From the NCBI GenBank assembly GCA_964442455.1, contig CAYTZB010000007.1:1-55798 (forward strand): a stretch of 55,798 nt of DNA, written 5' to 3'. Position numbers and translations under genes: made by a program. This DNA is from an uncultured Gammaproteobacteria bacterium. Its GTDB lineage: Bacteria; Patescibacteriota; Microgenomatia; UBA8517; JACQJR01. Position 1 is the first letter of the stretch. The number at the start of each line of letters is the position of its first letter. The notes beneath the pieces were generated by a model. The model had not been told where the DNA came from. It did no database searches and saw only the letters and a program-made list of their open reading frames with translations. Positions 1 through 8,894 of the stretch are shown in pieces.

Positions 1-54
1 TCGTCTCTTTCCGCCCCTGCTTCTGGTTGCTTTCTTTTTCGGTGTCGCCGCCAT
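1..54 (-). CDS. partial CDS (first 18 codons only: MAATPKKKATRSRGGKRR...), product unknown
   Basis: ATG at 54-52 (minus) opens a frame that runs off the window edge; very basic N-terminus; too short to identify. Confidence 0.25.
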   Translation of the reverse strand, partial: MAATPKKKATRSRGGKRR

Positions 55-140
55 AATACCTAATTTTATCAGGCACAAAAGAAAACTACAATAGCAGACT
101 CTTGATTTGGTAAGTATATTGAAGTTACTATTATTTTTAT

Positions 141-848
141 ATGTCGGTTGAAACTAAGACGATTACTCCTGACCATATAAATCGGGTAGGTAGGGTATTA
201 GAGTTTTATGTGCCTCACTATCGAAAAAACTTCCACAATACTCCATACAAAAGTAGAACATCAATTATAAGGAAAGCTTATCCGTATATTCAGTCGCTTC
301 CTCAAGGTGGGTGGGTTCTTGATGTCGGTGCAGGAAGGCAACTTGTCGAGAGGGATTTAATGAGGAAATATGGGGATATTAATTGCCGAATGGTAACGCT
401 TGATCTTCCCATATCTCCAGCAGAGGATTTACTGGTAAAAGATAGTAATACTGTTGATCATATTTTTGCTGACGGATTATATCTTCCTTTTAGAGACGAG
501 ACTTTTTCGTTTTTGATATGCAATATGGCGTTTGAATGTATGAGTGAGGAGGTAATCGGTGAAATGCGTCGGGTATTAAAACCACAAAGCCATGCGCTCG
601 TTAATTTTTGGGATAAAGATAATTTACCGGAGAATTTAGACGAGTTGGTTCAAGATAAGAAAATTAGAGGAAGATCGAGAAGGCTGGTGAATTTTCGAAA
701 ATTTCTCAGGGATAACAACATGCTTGTATCAAGCAGCGATGAGGTTGTTAATTTATTTACCAGTTATGGGTTTGTCGTTAAGACACTACAACAAGCTCAT
801 GATAATTACAACGTGTGGTGGGAAGTTGATGTTGCGAGGGGTGGTTAG
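141..848 (+). CDS. class I SAM-dependent methyltransferase
   Basis: 235-aa ORF, ATG start, TAG stop; motif I-like VLDVGAGRQ, then LPFRDETFSFLICN and RRVLKP typical of Rossmann-fold methyltransferases. Confidence 0.75.
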   Translation: MSVETKTITPDHINRVGRVLEFYVPHYRKNFHNTPYKSRTSIIRKAYPYIQSLPQGGWVLDVGAGRQLVERDLMRKYGDINCRMVTLDLPISPAEDLLVKDSNTVDHIFADGLYLPFRDETFSFLICNMAFECMSEEVIGEMRRVLKPQSHALVNFWDKDNLPENLDELVQDKKIRGRSRRLVNFRKFLRDNNMLVSSSDEVVNLFTSYGFVVKTLQQAHDNYNVWWEVDVARGG

Positions 849-873
849 AATGTAACTTCCTTCATTCTTTATT

Positions 874-904
874 CCACCTTCGAGGTGGACTACATTGGCA
901 CCTG
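874..904. repeat. REP-like palindromic element (CCACCTTCGAGGTGG + TTGGCACCTG tail)
   Basis: 15-nt perfect palindrome plus conserved tail; near-identical copies at 22291-22322 and 54830-54860; lies just 3' of the RAYT gene. Confidence 0.8.
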
Positions 905-924
905 TTCTCTTTAGTTCTCTTTAA

Positions 925-1605
925 CTATGCTTCTTCCAGCGTTAGGTGTTTAATTGCTTCTAATTGTCTAGCGTAATCTACCTGGTCTAAAACAAATTTT
1001 TTATAATTCCTTTTTGAAGGGAAAAGACTTAGTACGGGTTGCGGATTGGAAATCTTCCCACCCCCAATTCCCAAAAATTCAGGATAAGATGACCACCGAT
1101 AGCTTTCCAGATCCCCAGCTTCAATTAAAAATGATGAAACTGGGTTTAAGTGAATGTATCTTGATATATGGATAAGCTGTTCATTCGACTCTATTCTAAC
1201 TGCCTTAAATAATCCTTCAAAAAGTGGCCCAATCCGCTTATGTTTAGTATTAAAATAGCGGGTGTAGCTGTTTGTAAAATTGGAGGCAAATGTTGAAATG
1301 CCATTTTCAACATTTTGTTTAATTAAAAAATGAAAGTGATTTGGCATTAGGCAATAACATATAATCTCGATTAATTTTTTATTTTCTTTTTTTAAGCCTT
1401 CGAATACTCTGGTTTGTTCATTTTCTGGAAGAACTAGAAATTTTGATAATTTAAGTGGTAATTTAGTAAATCTATAAAAGTTTAAAGCAAGTAGAGCCCT
1501 ATCCAATTCTCTTTTATCAGAGAAAGTGGGTTTTCTTTCAATTCCTCTGTTAAATATATGATAGATTTCATTATTAGCAAAAATTAATTTTCTATTGGTG
1601 GGCAT
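925..1605 (-). CDS. REP-associated tyrosine transposase (RAYT; IS200/IS605-like Y1 HUH transposase)
   Basis: 226-aa ORF with YCLMPNHFHFLI (HUH motif) and IHLNPV; flanked on both sides by REP-like palindromes; paralog at 51119-51769. Confidence 0.85.
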   Translation of the reverse strand: MPTNRKLIFANNEIYHIFNRGIERKPTFSDKRELDRALLALNFYRFTKLPLKLSKFLVLPENEQTRVFEGLKKENKKLIEIICYCLMPNHFHFLIKQNVENGISTFASNFTNSYTRYFNTKHKRIGPLFEGLFKAVRIESNEQLIHISRYIHLNPVSSFLIEAGDLESYRWSSYPEFLGIGGGKISNPQPVLSLFPSKRNYKKFVLDQVDYARQLEAIKHLTLEEA

Positions 1606-1630
1606 ATTTTAAAATAACCATTAAAAGAAG

Positions 1631-1685
1631 AGGTGTCAAGCTAATTCACCTTCGAGGTGGAAATGTATTTACACCTTTGGGGAGG
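1631..1685. repeat. REP-like palindrome cluster upstream of RAYT (GGTGTCAAGCTAA, CACCTTCGAGGTG, ACACCTTTGGGGAGG)
   Basis: CACCTTCGAGGTG palindrome at 1647-1659; GGTGTCAAGCTAA also found at the RAYT-2 flank (51110-51122). Confidence 0.75.
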
Positions 1686-1710
1686 AGAGTTTGGGATTTA
1701 AATAAGAGAG

Positions 1711-2871
1711 TTATTTTAGACCAGTTCCACCACCAATATTTTTTCCACCTGTTATGCGATAATCTTCTATAACTGCTACTGCACGATCAAATGATTCTTC
1801 ATTAAACCATGGATATTGTTGTAATTCACTTCTCAATTCTATGGCATCAGCATTTCCCGTATTAAGTAACTTTTCTAGAACAGCTATCTTATGACGTGCG
1901 TCGCTTTCCATTCGAGGGTTCGTTAACCTTCCTTTATATTCATCTAGTTTTCTTTCAAGTCTTTCTCTTAATGCTCTGTTTTCTTGAAGAGGAAGGGAGT
2001 AATCGATGTCGTCTTCAGCGTTCTTATAGGATCTTGGCCACTGAATTCCTGCCTCTCCTGTTATTCGCATGAGCATGTCTCTATTTGTGGCAAGAATATC
2101 AGCATCTCCTCTAATCCTAGGATGTTGATATTGGTAATGTTCATTCCATGCTTCTTGTAGTAAGTTCCAAGCTTTCTCAAAAACACCATCTTCCTGTGCA
2201 TACATTAAATAAGAAAGAATGGCAATTTTTCCATTTGGGGAAAATCTTTCAACCATCTCACGTATTTGTTGAAGACGTGGGTGTTCTTTAAATGTTTGTT
2301 CTAATACAGAATTTACTGCGTTGTTTGATTCCTCTATAGCTTGTTGTTGCTCTTGGGTTTGCTTGTTTTTTGTAGCTTCTATTTTATTTAAATGTGCTGT
2401 AATGTCTGGTTGTTGGAAATATTTTGATGGTTCTGTAACTTCAATTCCTTCTATTGCCTGAGCAATTATTGTTTGATTTGTGCCATTCACGAATTCGAAA
2501 CTATGATCTCTTCCCTTTCCAATTCCACCTACATATGCCATTCTCATATCTTGTTGAGGAATGAGAGTTGCACTTACACCATTCTCCATTAATGTTCCAG
2601 GTTCAAGTTTAATGGTTCTTTGGGGGTTTTCGCCGTCATAAAAACTAAAGTCACCCTGTACATATTCAAATGTTGCTTCCTTCTGTTTATCTTCTAAATC
2701 TCTAATCGATAAAACTACTATATTGAAGAAAGTAGATTGTTTTGTTCGTGCGTCTTGTGCCCAAATGCGAAGAGTTTGACCTATTTTCATTCTTTCGTAA
2801 GGAAGAACGTTATCAACAACGCTGAGAATCTCAGAAGATAGATGGCGTCTGCCAGATTCTTGTGGCTGCAT
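1711..2871 (-). CDS. hypothetical protein (386 aa)
   Basis: Long uninterrupted ORF with its own promoter-like TTGACA/TATACT upstream; no motif I recognise. Confidence 0.7.
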   Translation of the reverse strand: MQPQESGRRHLSSEILSVVDNVLPYERMKIGQTLRIWAQDARTKQSTFFNIVVLSIRDLEDKQKEATFEYVQGDFSFYDGENPQRTIKLEPGTLMENGVSATLIPQQDMRMAYVGGIGKGRDHSFEFVNGTNQTIIAQAIEGIEVTEPSKYFQQPDITAHLNKIEATKNKQTQEQQQAIEESNNAVNSVLEQTFKEHPRLQQIREMVERFSPNGKIAILSYLMYAQEDGVFEKAWNLLQEAWNEHYQYQHPRIRGDADILATNRDMLMRITGEAGIQWPRSYKNAEDDIDYSLPLQENRALRERLERKLDEYKGRLTNPRMESDARHKIAVLEKLLNTGNADAIELRSELQQYPWFNEESFDRAVAVIEDYRITGGKNIGGGTGLK

Positions 2872-2891
2872 AGCTCTGGACAGTTGAGCAA

Positions 2892-2919
2892 AGTATAATC
2901 CTAAAGTCTATTTTGTCAA
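2892..2919 (-). promoter_or_regulatory. sigma70-like promoter for the 1711-2871 gene
   Basis: Minus strand TTGACA (2919-2914), 16-nt spacer, TATACT (2897-2892), about 20 nt before the ATG. Confidence 0.5.
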
Positions 2920-2925
2920 TAGTAT

Positions 2926-4926
2926 TTAGTTTGGTACAACGAGGCGGGTTTTGAGGCGAGAGGCGAGCTTTGGATATTTTTTTAGTTTTGGGAAAATTCC
3001 CTCCGCTGCATCCTTTGTTTTTTTGATTAGTGGCAGATCGGAAAATGATGCGACTTTGAGTTCTGGGAATCCGTGCTGTGCGGTTCCAAACAACTCGCCA
3101 GGTCCTCGAAGTCGTAAATCGAGTTCAGCAAGTTCAGGGCCGGTTTTTGCTTCCTCCATTGCGTGGAGTCTCCCAATCACACGCTCGGATACTGACTCGG
3201 TAAAGAGTAAGCAGTACGACTTCTTTTCTCCTCTTCCCACCCTTCCTCGCAGTTGGTGAAGTTGCGCAAGTCCAAATCTGTCCGCTCCCTCCACCATCAT
3301 GATGGTTGCATTCGGAATGTCAATTCCAACTTCAACCACTGGCGTTGAAACCAAAATATGTGTTGCCCCATTCCTAAATTTACCAATTTCTTTTTCTTTC
3401 TCAGTTGCTTTGAGTCTGCCGTGGAGCAGCCCAAGGGTCAATTCTGGAAAGACAACTTTGGCGAGTTTCGCGAACTCTACTGTTGCTGCCTTGACAGATT
3501 TCATACTCTCAACCTCTGACTCCTCAATCAGAGGACACACAATAAATGCTTGAGAACCTGCTTTTATTTGTTCACGGATCCAGTTGTAAGCCCCTTCTCT
3601 TTTTTGTGGTGGCACGAGCCACGTGGTAATTTTTTGACGTCCTGCGGGAAGCTCATCCAAGACAGAGAGGTCAAGGTCCCCATAGAGTGTTAGTGCCACG
3701 GTTCGAGGGATTGGCGTCGCGGTCATGGTCAAGACATGTGGAAAACAGGTTCCGGTCACTTTTTCAAGAAGTGTTGCGCGCTGCTCTACGCCAAATTTAT
3801 GTTGCTCATCAATGACGACAAAAGCTAAGCGGTCAAATTTTGCCTTTTGGTGTAATAACGCGTGTGTTCCCACAATTACATCACCTTTTTGTTTTTTAGT
3901 ATCACTGGTGACAATACCAACGGATATTCCTTCTGGTTCAAGTAGCTGTGAAAGCGTTTGGTAATGTTGTTGGGCCAATATTTGTGTTGGTGCCATAACT
4001 GCTGTTTGGAAACCGTTTTTTGCAACAACAAATGCACCTATGGCTGCAACAACAGTTTTACCCGAACCTACGTCTCCTTCAAGTAATCTATTCATAGGAA
4101 CACGCTGAGTAATCGAGGCGAGAATCTCCTCTATTACTCTTTTTTGTGCCCGTGTGAGCTCAAAGGGAAGTTTTGCAATAAACAAAGAAATTTCTTTGTG
4201 TGGAATTGAGAGTTTCCAACATACCTTTTGTTTACTCCAATTATGTTTTCGTTCAAGTACTGATAATTGTAGGAGGAAAAGTTCTTCAAATGAAAATCTT
4301 AAGCGTGCTTTATCGGCATCTTCCATTGTTTTTGGAAAATGGATTTGTGTAAAAGCTTGTTTTATTTCAGACAAGTCATAACTATTAATAATTTCTGAAG
4401 GTAAAAATTCTTCAACCTTTGCCACTGTGAGAAGTTGTGCAATCCGAGTGCGTAACCATTTTGAGGAAACAGAAGATGTTTCGGGATAAATGGGGACGAG
4501 GCGACCAGTATGAATGGTTTGATGGTTAATTTTTTCGTATTCCGGGGATTCCATGACTAATTTGTTGCCGAACCACGTTATTTTCCCTGAAAGAGAAACC
4601 GAGGTGCCGGGTGGGATAGTTCGGACTAAATAGCGTTGGTTAAACCATACCACTTCAATTTTTCCTGTCTCATCCTCAACTACCGCTCTCTGTAGTACCT
4701 TACTTCGTTTTGTATATTCGTTTTTAATTGATAAAATACGGCCGTGTATCGTTACCGTTTCTCCTGGTTGGACCCGCGCGATTTCGGAAATAACGCTAAA
4801 ATCATCATACCTATGGGGAAAGTGATAAAGAAGATCTCCGAGTGTGTGGATTTCTAGCCGTGCAAGACGCCGTGCGTAAATTGGCCCAATGAATGGAAGG
4901 TCTGTCACCCGAGTTGAAAGTTCCAT
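2926..4926 (-). CDS. recG: ATP-dependent DNA helicase RecG
   Basis: Wedge/OB N-terminus, Walker A GDVGSGKT, DEQHKFG (DEQH box), QLHQLRGRVGRG motif VI; ATG at 4926 (MELSTRV) preferred over the extended track start at 4968. Confidence 0.92.
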   Translation of the reverse strand: MELSTRVTDLPFIGPIYARRLARLEIHTLGDLLYHFPHRYDDFSVISEIARVQPGETVTIHGRILSIKNEYTKRSKVLQRAVVEDETGKIEVVWFNQRYLVRTIPPGTSVSLSGKITWFGNKLVMESPEYEKINHQTIHTGRLVPIYPETSSVSSKWLRTRIAQLLTVAKVEEFLPSEIINSYDLSEIKQAFTQIHFPKTMEDADKARLRFSFEELFLLQLSVLERKHNWSKQKVCWKLSIPHKEISLFIAKLPFELTRAQKRVIEEILASITQRVPMNRLLEGDVGSGKTVVAAIGAFVVAKNGFQTAVMAPTQILAQQHYQTLSQLLEPEGISVGIVTSDTKKQKGDVIVGTHALLHQKAKFDRLAFVVIDEQHKFGVEQRATLLEKVTGTCFPHVLTMTATPIPRTVALTLYGDLDLSVLDELPAGRQKITTWLVPPQKREGAYNWIREQIKAGSQAFIVCPLIEESEVESMKSVKAATVEFAKLAKVVFPELTLGLLHGRLKATEKEKEIGKFRNGATHILVSTPVVEVGIDIPNATIMMVEGADRFGLAQLHQLRGRVGRGEKKSYCLLFTESVSERVIGRLHAMEEAKTGPELAELDLRLRGPGELFGTAQHGFPELKVASFSDLPLIKKTKDAAEGIFPKLKKYPKLASRLKTRLVVPN

Positions 4927-4927
4927 G

Positions 4928-5029
4928 CTACAATGCAAATAACAGTGGGACAAGCGAGGAGAGTACAAGACTAATCCCTGCTATTACAATAAGAATAATC
5001 CAAATCCGTTTAATTAATTTCTCGTTCAT
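4928..5029 (-). CDS. candidate 33-aa hydrophobic peptide (MNEKLIKRIWIILIVIAGISLVLSSLVPLLFAL)
   Basis: ATG overlaps the tyrS TGA (ATGA) and its TAG ends 1 nt before the recG ATG; one clear TM-like segment; below the ORF-track size cutoff. Confidence 0.35.
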   Translation of the reverse strand: MNEKLIKRIWIILIVIAGISLVLSSLVPLLFAL

Positions 5030-6219
5030 TCTTTTGGTTTGACGAATCTTTTCTTACCCACCCGAATGTAAGTATCCGCTGTAATCTCAATCGTCTGGTC
5101 CGGTGAAGTCGGATGATAAGTCTCTCCTCCCACCACTACCGCTGTTCCTCCACTTGAGATAATTCTTTTGGCATCAGAGCGGCTTGGTGATGCACCACTT
5201 TTAACTAATGCATCGGTAATATTCCATTTTCCCGGCTCAATTTGAAATGGAGTTTGTTGCGGTGCTCCTCCCCTTTTTTGAAAAACCCGCTCGAATTCGT
5301 TTCGCGCGTTATTGGCATATTTTTCTCCGTGGTACAGTTTCACAATTTCCCATGCCAATCTTTTTTTGGCATCCATTTTAGACATTTCATTTAATTGAAC
5401 TCTACTTTCAATTGATTGAATTTCAGCATCTGGAATTTGCGTAGCAAGTTTAAAGTATGTAATAATCAGGTTATCATTTAGTGACATCACTTTCCCAAAC
5501 ATTTCCTGTGGTTCATCGGTTATGGCCACAAAATTATTAAAAGATTTACTCATTTTTCTTCCATCCAGTCCTTCTAGAAGAGGAACTGTTATTACAAATT
5601 TCTCCTTTCTCTTTAAAGTTTTCATCAGAGTTCGGCCTATCAACATATTAAATGTTTGATCGGTTCCACCGATTTCTGCATCAACATCCATTACTACAGA
5701 GTCATATCCTTGAAGCAGCGGATAGAGAAATTCGTGGAGATGGATTGGTTTATTTTCCTTAAGGCGTTGTTGGAAAAAGTCACGCTCAAGCATTTGTTGG
5801 GCGGTAAGGTGGGAGGCAAGTTCAACAACCTCGACCATACTTAGTTTCGCGAGCCATTCGCTATTAAACTTAATTTCAACTTGATTTTTCCCCGAGAAAC
5901 GTAAAATTTTACTTATTTGTTCTCTGTACGTTTTTGCATTTTCTAAAACTTGTTGACGGGTTAATTTCTTACGCGCTGCAGTTCTGTCTGTTGGGTCTCC
6001 TATCATTCCAGTAAAATCACCTACTAAAAGAACAACTTTATGTCCTACATCTTGAAATTCTCTTAATTTCCACAGCACTACAGCGTGTCCAAGATGGATT
6101 ACCGAACCAGAAGGATCTACACCAAAGTAAATTTTAATTGTTCCTCTCTTAAGTCTTTGTTCAAAACTTTCCCTTGAGGGTAAAACCTCAGCTATATTGC
6201 GCGTGAGAAGTTTGACCAT
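5026..6219 (-). CDS. tyrS: tyrosine--tRNA ligase
   Basis: Class I signatures HLGH and KMSKS; C-terminal S4-like domain; 397 aa. Confidence 0.95.
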   Translation of the reverse strand: MVKLLTRNIAEVLPSRESFEQRLKRGTIKIYFGVDPSGSVIHLGHAVVLWKLREFQDVGHKVVLLVGDFTGMIGDPTDRTAARKKLTRQQVLENAKTYREQISKILRFSGKNQVEIKFNSEWLAKLSMVEVVELASHLTAQQMLERDFFQQRLKENKPIHLHEFLYPLLQGYDSVVMDVDAEIGGTDQTFNMLIGRTLMKTLKRKEKFVITVPLLEGLDGRKMSKSFNNFVAITDEPQEMFGKVMSLNDNLIITYFKLATQIPDAEIQSIESRVQLNEMSKMDAKKRLAWEIVKLYHGEKYANNARNEFERVFQKRGGAPQQTPFQIEPGKWNITDALVKSGASPSRSDAKRIISSGGTAVVVGGETYHPTSPDQTIEITADTYIRVGKKRFVKPKE

Positions 6220-6265
6220 ACATTTAATTATACTTTCAGCCTTGATATAATGTAAAGGTCAACGT

Positions 6266-8845
6266 ATGCGAGATTATTATTTCGATAGAAACAAACTTGT
6301 TTATTCGTATAGGACAGGTTCTAGTCGTCTAGGAAAAGCACGACTTTGGGCGCGTCTTGCAAAGTTAGCGTTTCTTGGTGTTGTACTTGCCTTCGTGGGG
6401 AGTTTCCTTGTCGTCCCTTTTTTCGCATTGGGACTCCCTTCCCCTGATGAGATTGAGAGACAAAAAGGCTTTTCAACTAAAATTTATGATAGAAACGGAG
6501 AACTTCTGTATGATGTGTTCGCCGAGCAGAAAAGAACACCTGTTAAGCTTGAGGATATTCCCGTATATCTACGAGAGGCAACAATTGCAATTGAGGACAA
6601 AAATTTCTACAAACATGAAGGATTTGATCCTTTTGGGATTCTGCGCGCACTAGTTAATACTGCGCTGAAAGGTCGGCTTGAAGGGGGATCAACACTGACG
6701 CAACAATTGGTGAAAAATCGGCTCCTCTCTCCTGAACGAACCGTCTTTCGCAAAATCCGTGAGTTCATCTTATCGGTTCAAATTGAACGCAGATACAGTA
6801 AAGATGAAATTTTAGGGATGTATCTTAACGAGGCGCCGTATGGAGGAACTGCGTCGGGAGTGGAAGCAGCAGCAGAAACCTATTTTGGTAAGCGTGTAAA
6901 GGACTTAAGTCTTGTCGAGGCAGCAATTTTAGCAGGACTTCCTCAACGGCCTTCTTACTATTCTCCTTTTGGTTCGAATCCAAAAGCTTACAGCACACGA
7001 GCGGAAGATGTATTGCGGCGAATGCGCGAAGACGGGTACATTACGCGTGAACAAGAAGAAGGAGCAAAGAAAGAACTACCCAATGTACAGTTTACCGAAG
7101 CCGGAGCGAACTTCAAGGCACCCCATTTTGTCATGTATGTACAGGAGTTATTGGAGGAGCGTTATGGCCGAGAGGTAGTTCAGGGGGCAGGTCTGCGTGT
7201 CACCACCACACTTGATTTGAAATTACAGGAGGAGGCGCAGAAGATAGTTGCGGAAGAAATTGCTAAAGTTGAGAGTCTTCACATTACAAATGGGGCTGCT
7301 GTAGTGCTCGATGTCCAAACCGGAGAGATTCTTGCAATGGTGGGTTCCAAGAACTTTAATGACCCCAATTATGACGGACAAGTGAATGTTACGCTTTCTC
7401 TTCGTCAGCCGGGTTCTGCTATTAAACCGGTGACCTATCTTACCGCACTTAAGAAGGGATATACTCCGTCTACTATGATTATGGATGTGCCTACCGTGTT
7501 TCCTGGAGGGGTGGGTCAGCCGGATTATGAACCTGTGAACTATGATGGGAAATACCGCGGGCCGATGCAGTTGCGATATGCACTTGGTAATTCTATAAAC
7601 ATGGTGGCAGTAAAACTTTTATCCTTGGTAGGTGTAAAAGACATGTTACACACTGCCTATGATTTAGGAATTACGACACTTGAGCCAACAAAAGAAAATC
7701 TCTCCCGTTTTGGTTTATCAGTGACATTAGGAGGTGGAGAGGTACGGCTTCTTGAACTTACCTCTTCTTACGCCGCGTTTGCAAACGGAGGCAAAAAGGT
7801 CGAACCTATTACAATATTAAAAGTTGAGGATAGAGTGGGAAAGGTGCTTGAGGAGGTAAAACCAAAAGCGGGAAGAGCGGTCATGACTCCCGAGCAGGCA
7901 TTTCTCATTTCCGACATTCTTTCTGATAACCAAGCAAGAGAGCAAGTGTTCGGTCTCCGTTCAGCGCTGGTTGTGTCCGGAAGAACAGTTGCAGTTAAGA
8001 CCGGGACAACGAACGACAAACGAGATAATTGGACGGTCGGATGGGCTTCCGGCCAGGTAGCGGTGGGCGGCTGGGTTGGAAACAATGATAATAGTGAGAT
8101 GAAAGAAGTCTCATCGGGGGTGACGGGTGCTGCACCTATTTGGCGGCGGATTATTCAAGTAGCGTTGCGGGATAGACCAAATGTATCATTTGCTCCCCCA
8201 CCGGGGATCGCCACGGTCGAGGTAGATAGCGTTTCAGGCTTTAGTGCGCACGATGGATTTCCCGCACGGGCGGAATACTTCATTGGAGGGACACAGCCAC
8301 AAGGAGACGATCCAGTGCACCAAAAATTAAAAATTTGTAAGAATGAGGGGAAATTGGCAACACCGTCGGATGTGGCTGCGGGTAATTACGAGGAAAAGGA
8401 ATATTTTATTTTTAAAGAAAAAGACCCACTTGGTTCTCCAAACCGCTGGCAAGAGGGAATAGATGCGTGGCTTGCTGGCCAGTCCGATCCGCGCTATCAT
8501 CCTCCAAACGATTATTGTGGTTCAAGTCCTATTAATGTTGATTTTGAGACGCCAAAGGATAATCAATTAATTGAAACAACTACTTTTACCGCTAAATTAG
8601 TTGTTTCCTCAATTGAGCGTATAGTACAGGTGGAATTGGAGCTTGATGGTGCGAAAATCGCAACCTTCACCACCGCTCCTTACGAAACAAGTGTTACTAC
8701 AACAAATGGTACTCATACACTCCGCGTAAAAGCCCGAGACGAAAAGGGTCGAGAATCAGATAGAAAAATTACGATTACAGTCGGAAGCGTACTTTCCGCC
8801 ACACCCACACCCTCACCTTCGCCCTCTCCAACCCCAATACCTTAG
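6266..8845 (+). CDS. class A penicillin-binding protein (GT51 transglycosylase + transpeptidase) with C-terminal Ig-like domain and PT/PS tail
   Basis: N-terminal TM; EDKNFYKHEGFD and GGSTLTQQ (GT51); SAIKP (SxxK), SIN (SxN) and KTGTT transpeptidase motifs; ends TPTPSPSPSPTPIP. Confidence 0.92.
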   Translation: MRDYYFDRNKLVYSYRTGSSRLGKARLWARLAKLAFLGVVLAFVGSFLVVPFFALGLPSPDEIERQKGFSTKIYDRNGELLYDVFAEQKRTPVKLEDIPVYLREATIAIEDKNFYKHEGFDPFGILRALVNTALKGRLEGGSTLTQQLVKNRLLSPERTVFRKIREFILSVQIERRYSKDEILGMYLNEAPYGGTASGVEAAAETYFGKRVKDLSLVEAAILAGLPQRPSYYSPFGSNPKAYSTRAEDVLRRMREDGYITREQEEGAKKELPNVQFTEAGANFKAPHFVMYVQELLEERYGREVVQGAGLRVTTTLDLKLQEEAQKIVAEEIAKVESLHITNGAAVVLDVQTGEILAMVGSKNFNDPNYDGQVNVTLSLRQPGSAIKPVTYLTALKKGYTPSTMIMDVPTVFPGGVGQPDYEPVNYDGKYRGPMQLRYALGNSINMVAVKLLSLVGVKDMLHTAYDLGITTLEPTKENLSRFGLSVTLGGGEVRLLELTSSYAAFANGGKKVEPITILKVEDRVGKVLEEVKPKAGRAVMTPEQAFLISDILSDNQAREQVFGLRSALVVSGRTVAVKTGTTNDKRDNWTVGWASGQVAVGGWVGNNDNSEMKEVSSGVTGAAPIWRRIIQVALRDRPNVSFAPPPGIATVEVDSVSGFSAHDGFPARAEYFIGGTQPQGDDPVHQKLKICKNEGKLATPSDVAAGNYEEKEYFIFKEKDPLGSPNRWQEGIDAWLAGQSDPRYHPPNDYCGSSPINVDFETPKDNQLIETTTFTAKLVVSSIERIVQVELELDGAKIATFTTAPYETSVTTTNGTHTLRVKARDEKGRESDRKITITVGSVLSATPTPSPSPSPTPIP

Positions 8846-8865
8846 CTTTTCCTACCTTCATGTTT

Positions 8866-8880
8866 CCATCCCAGGGGTGG
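8866..8880. repeat. imperfect palindrome CCATCCCAGGGGTGG between convergent PBP and pheT (REP-variant / possible bidirectional terminator)
   Basis: Sits in the 49-nt gap between two convergent stop codons; shares CCAGGGGTGG with the minus strand of 34663-34687. Confidence 0.35.
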
Positions 8881-8894
8881 AATTCCGGATTAAA

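Noticed and set aside
2951-4381. Plus-strand ORFs inside recG. Similar antisense ORFs lie inside tyrS, the PBP gene, pheT, pheS, thrS, hsdR, hsdS, hsdM, orf345, dinB and the malic enzyme gene.
   Set aside because: These are shadow ORFs opposite long genes with strong motif support. Their peptides are low-complexity, with no motifs and no start context.
6220-6265. T-box or other riboswitch leaders upstream of tyrS, thrS and pheS
   Set aside because: The upstream gaps are only about 45-70 nt. That is too short for a T-box, and no specifier or antiterminator motifs are visible.
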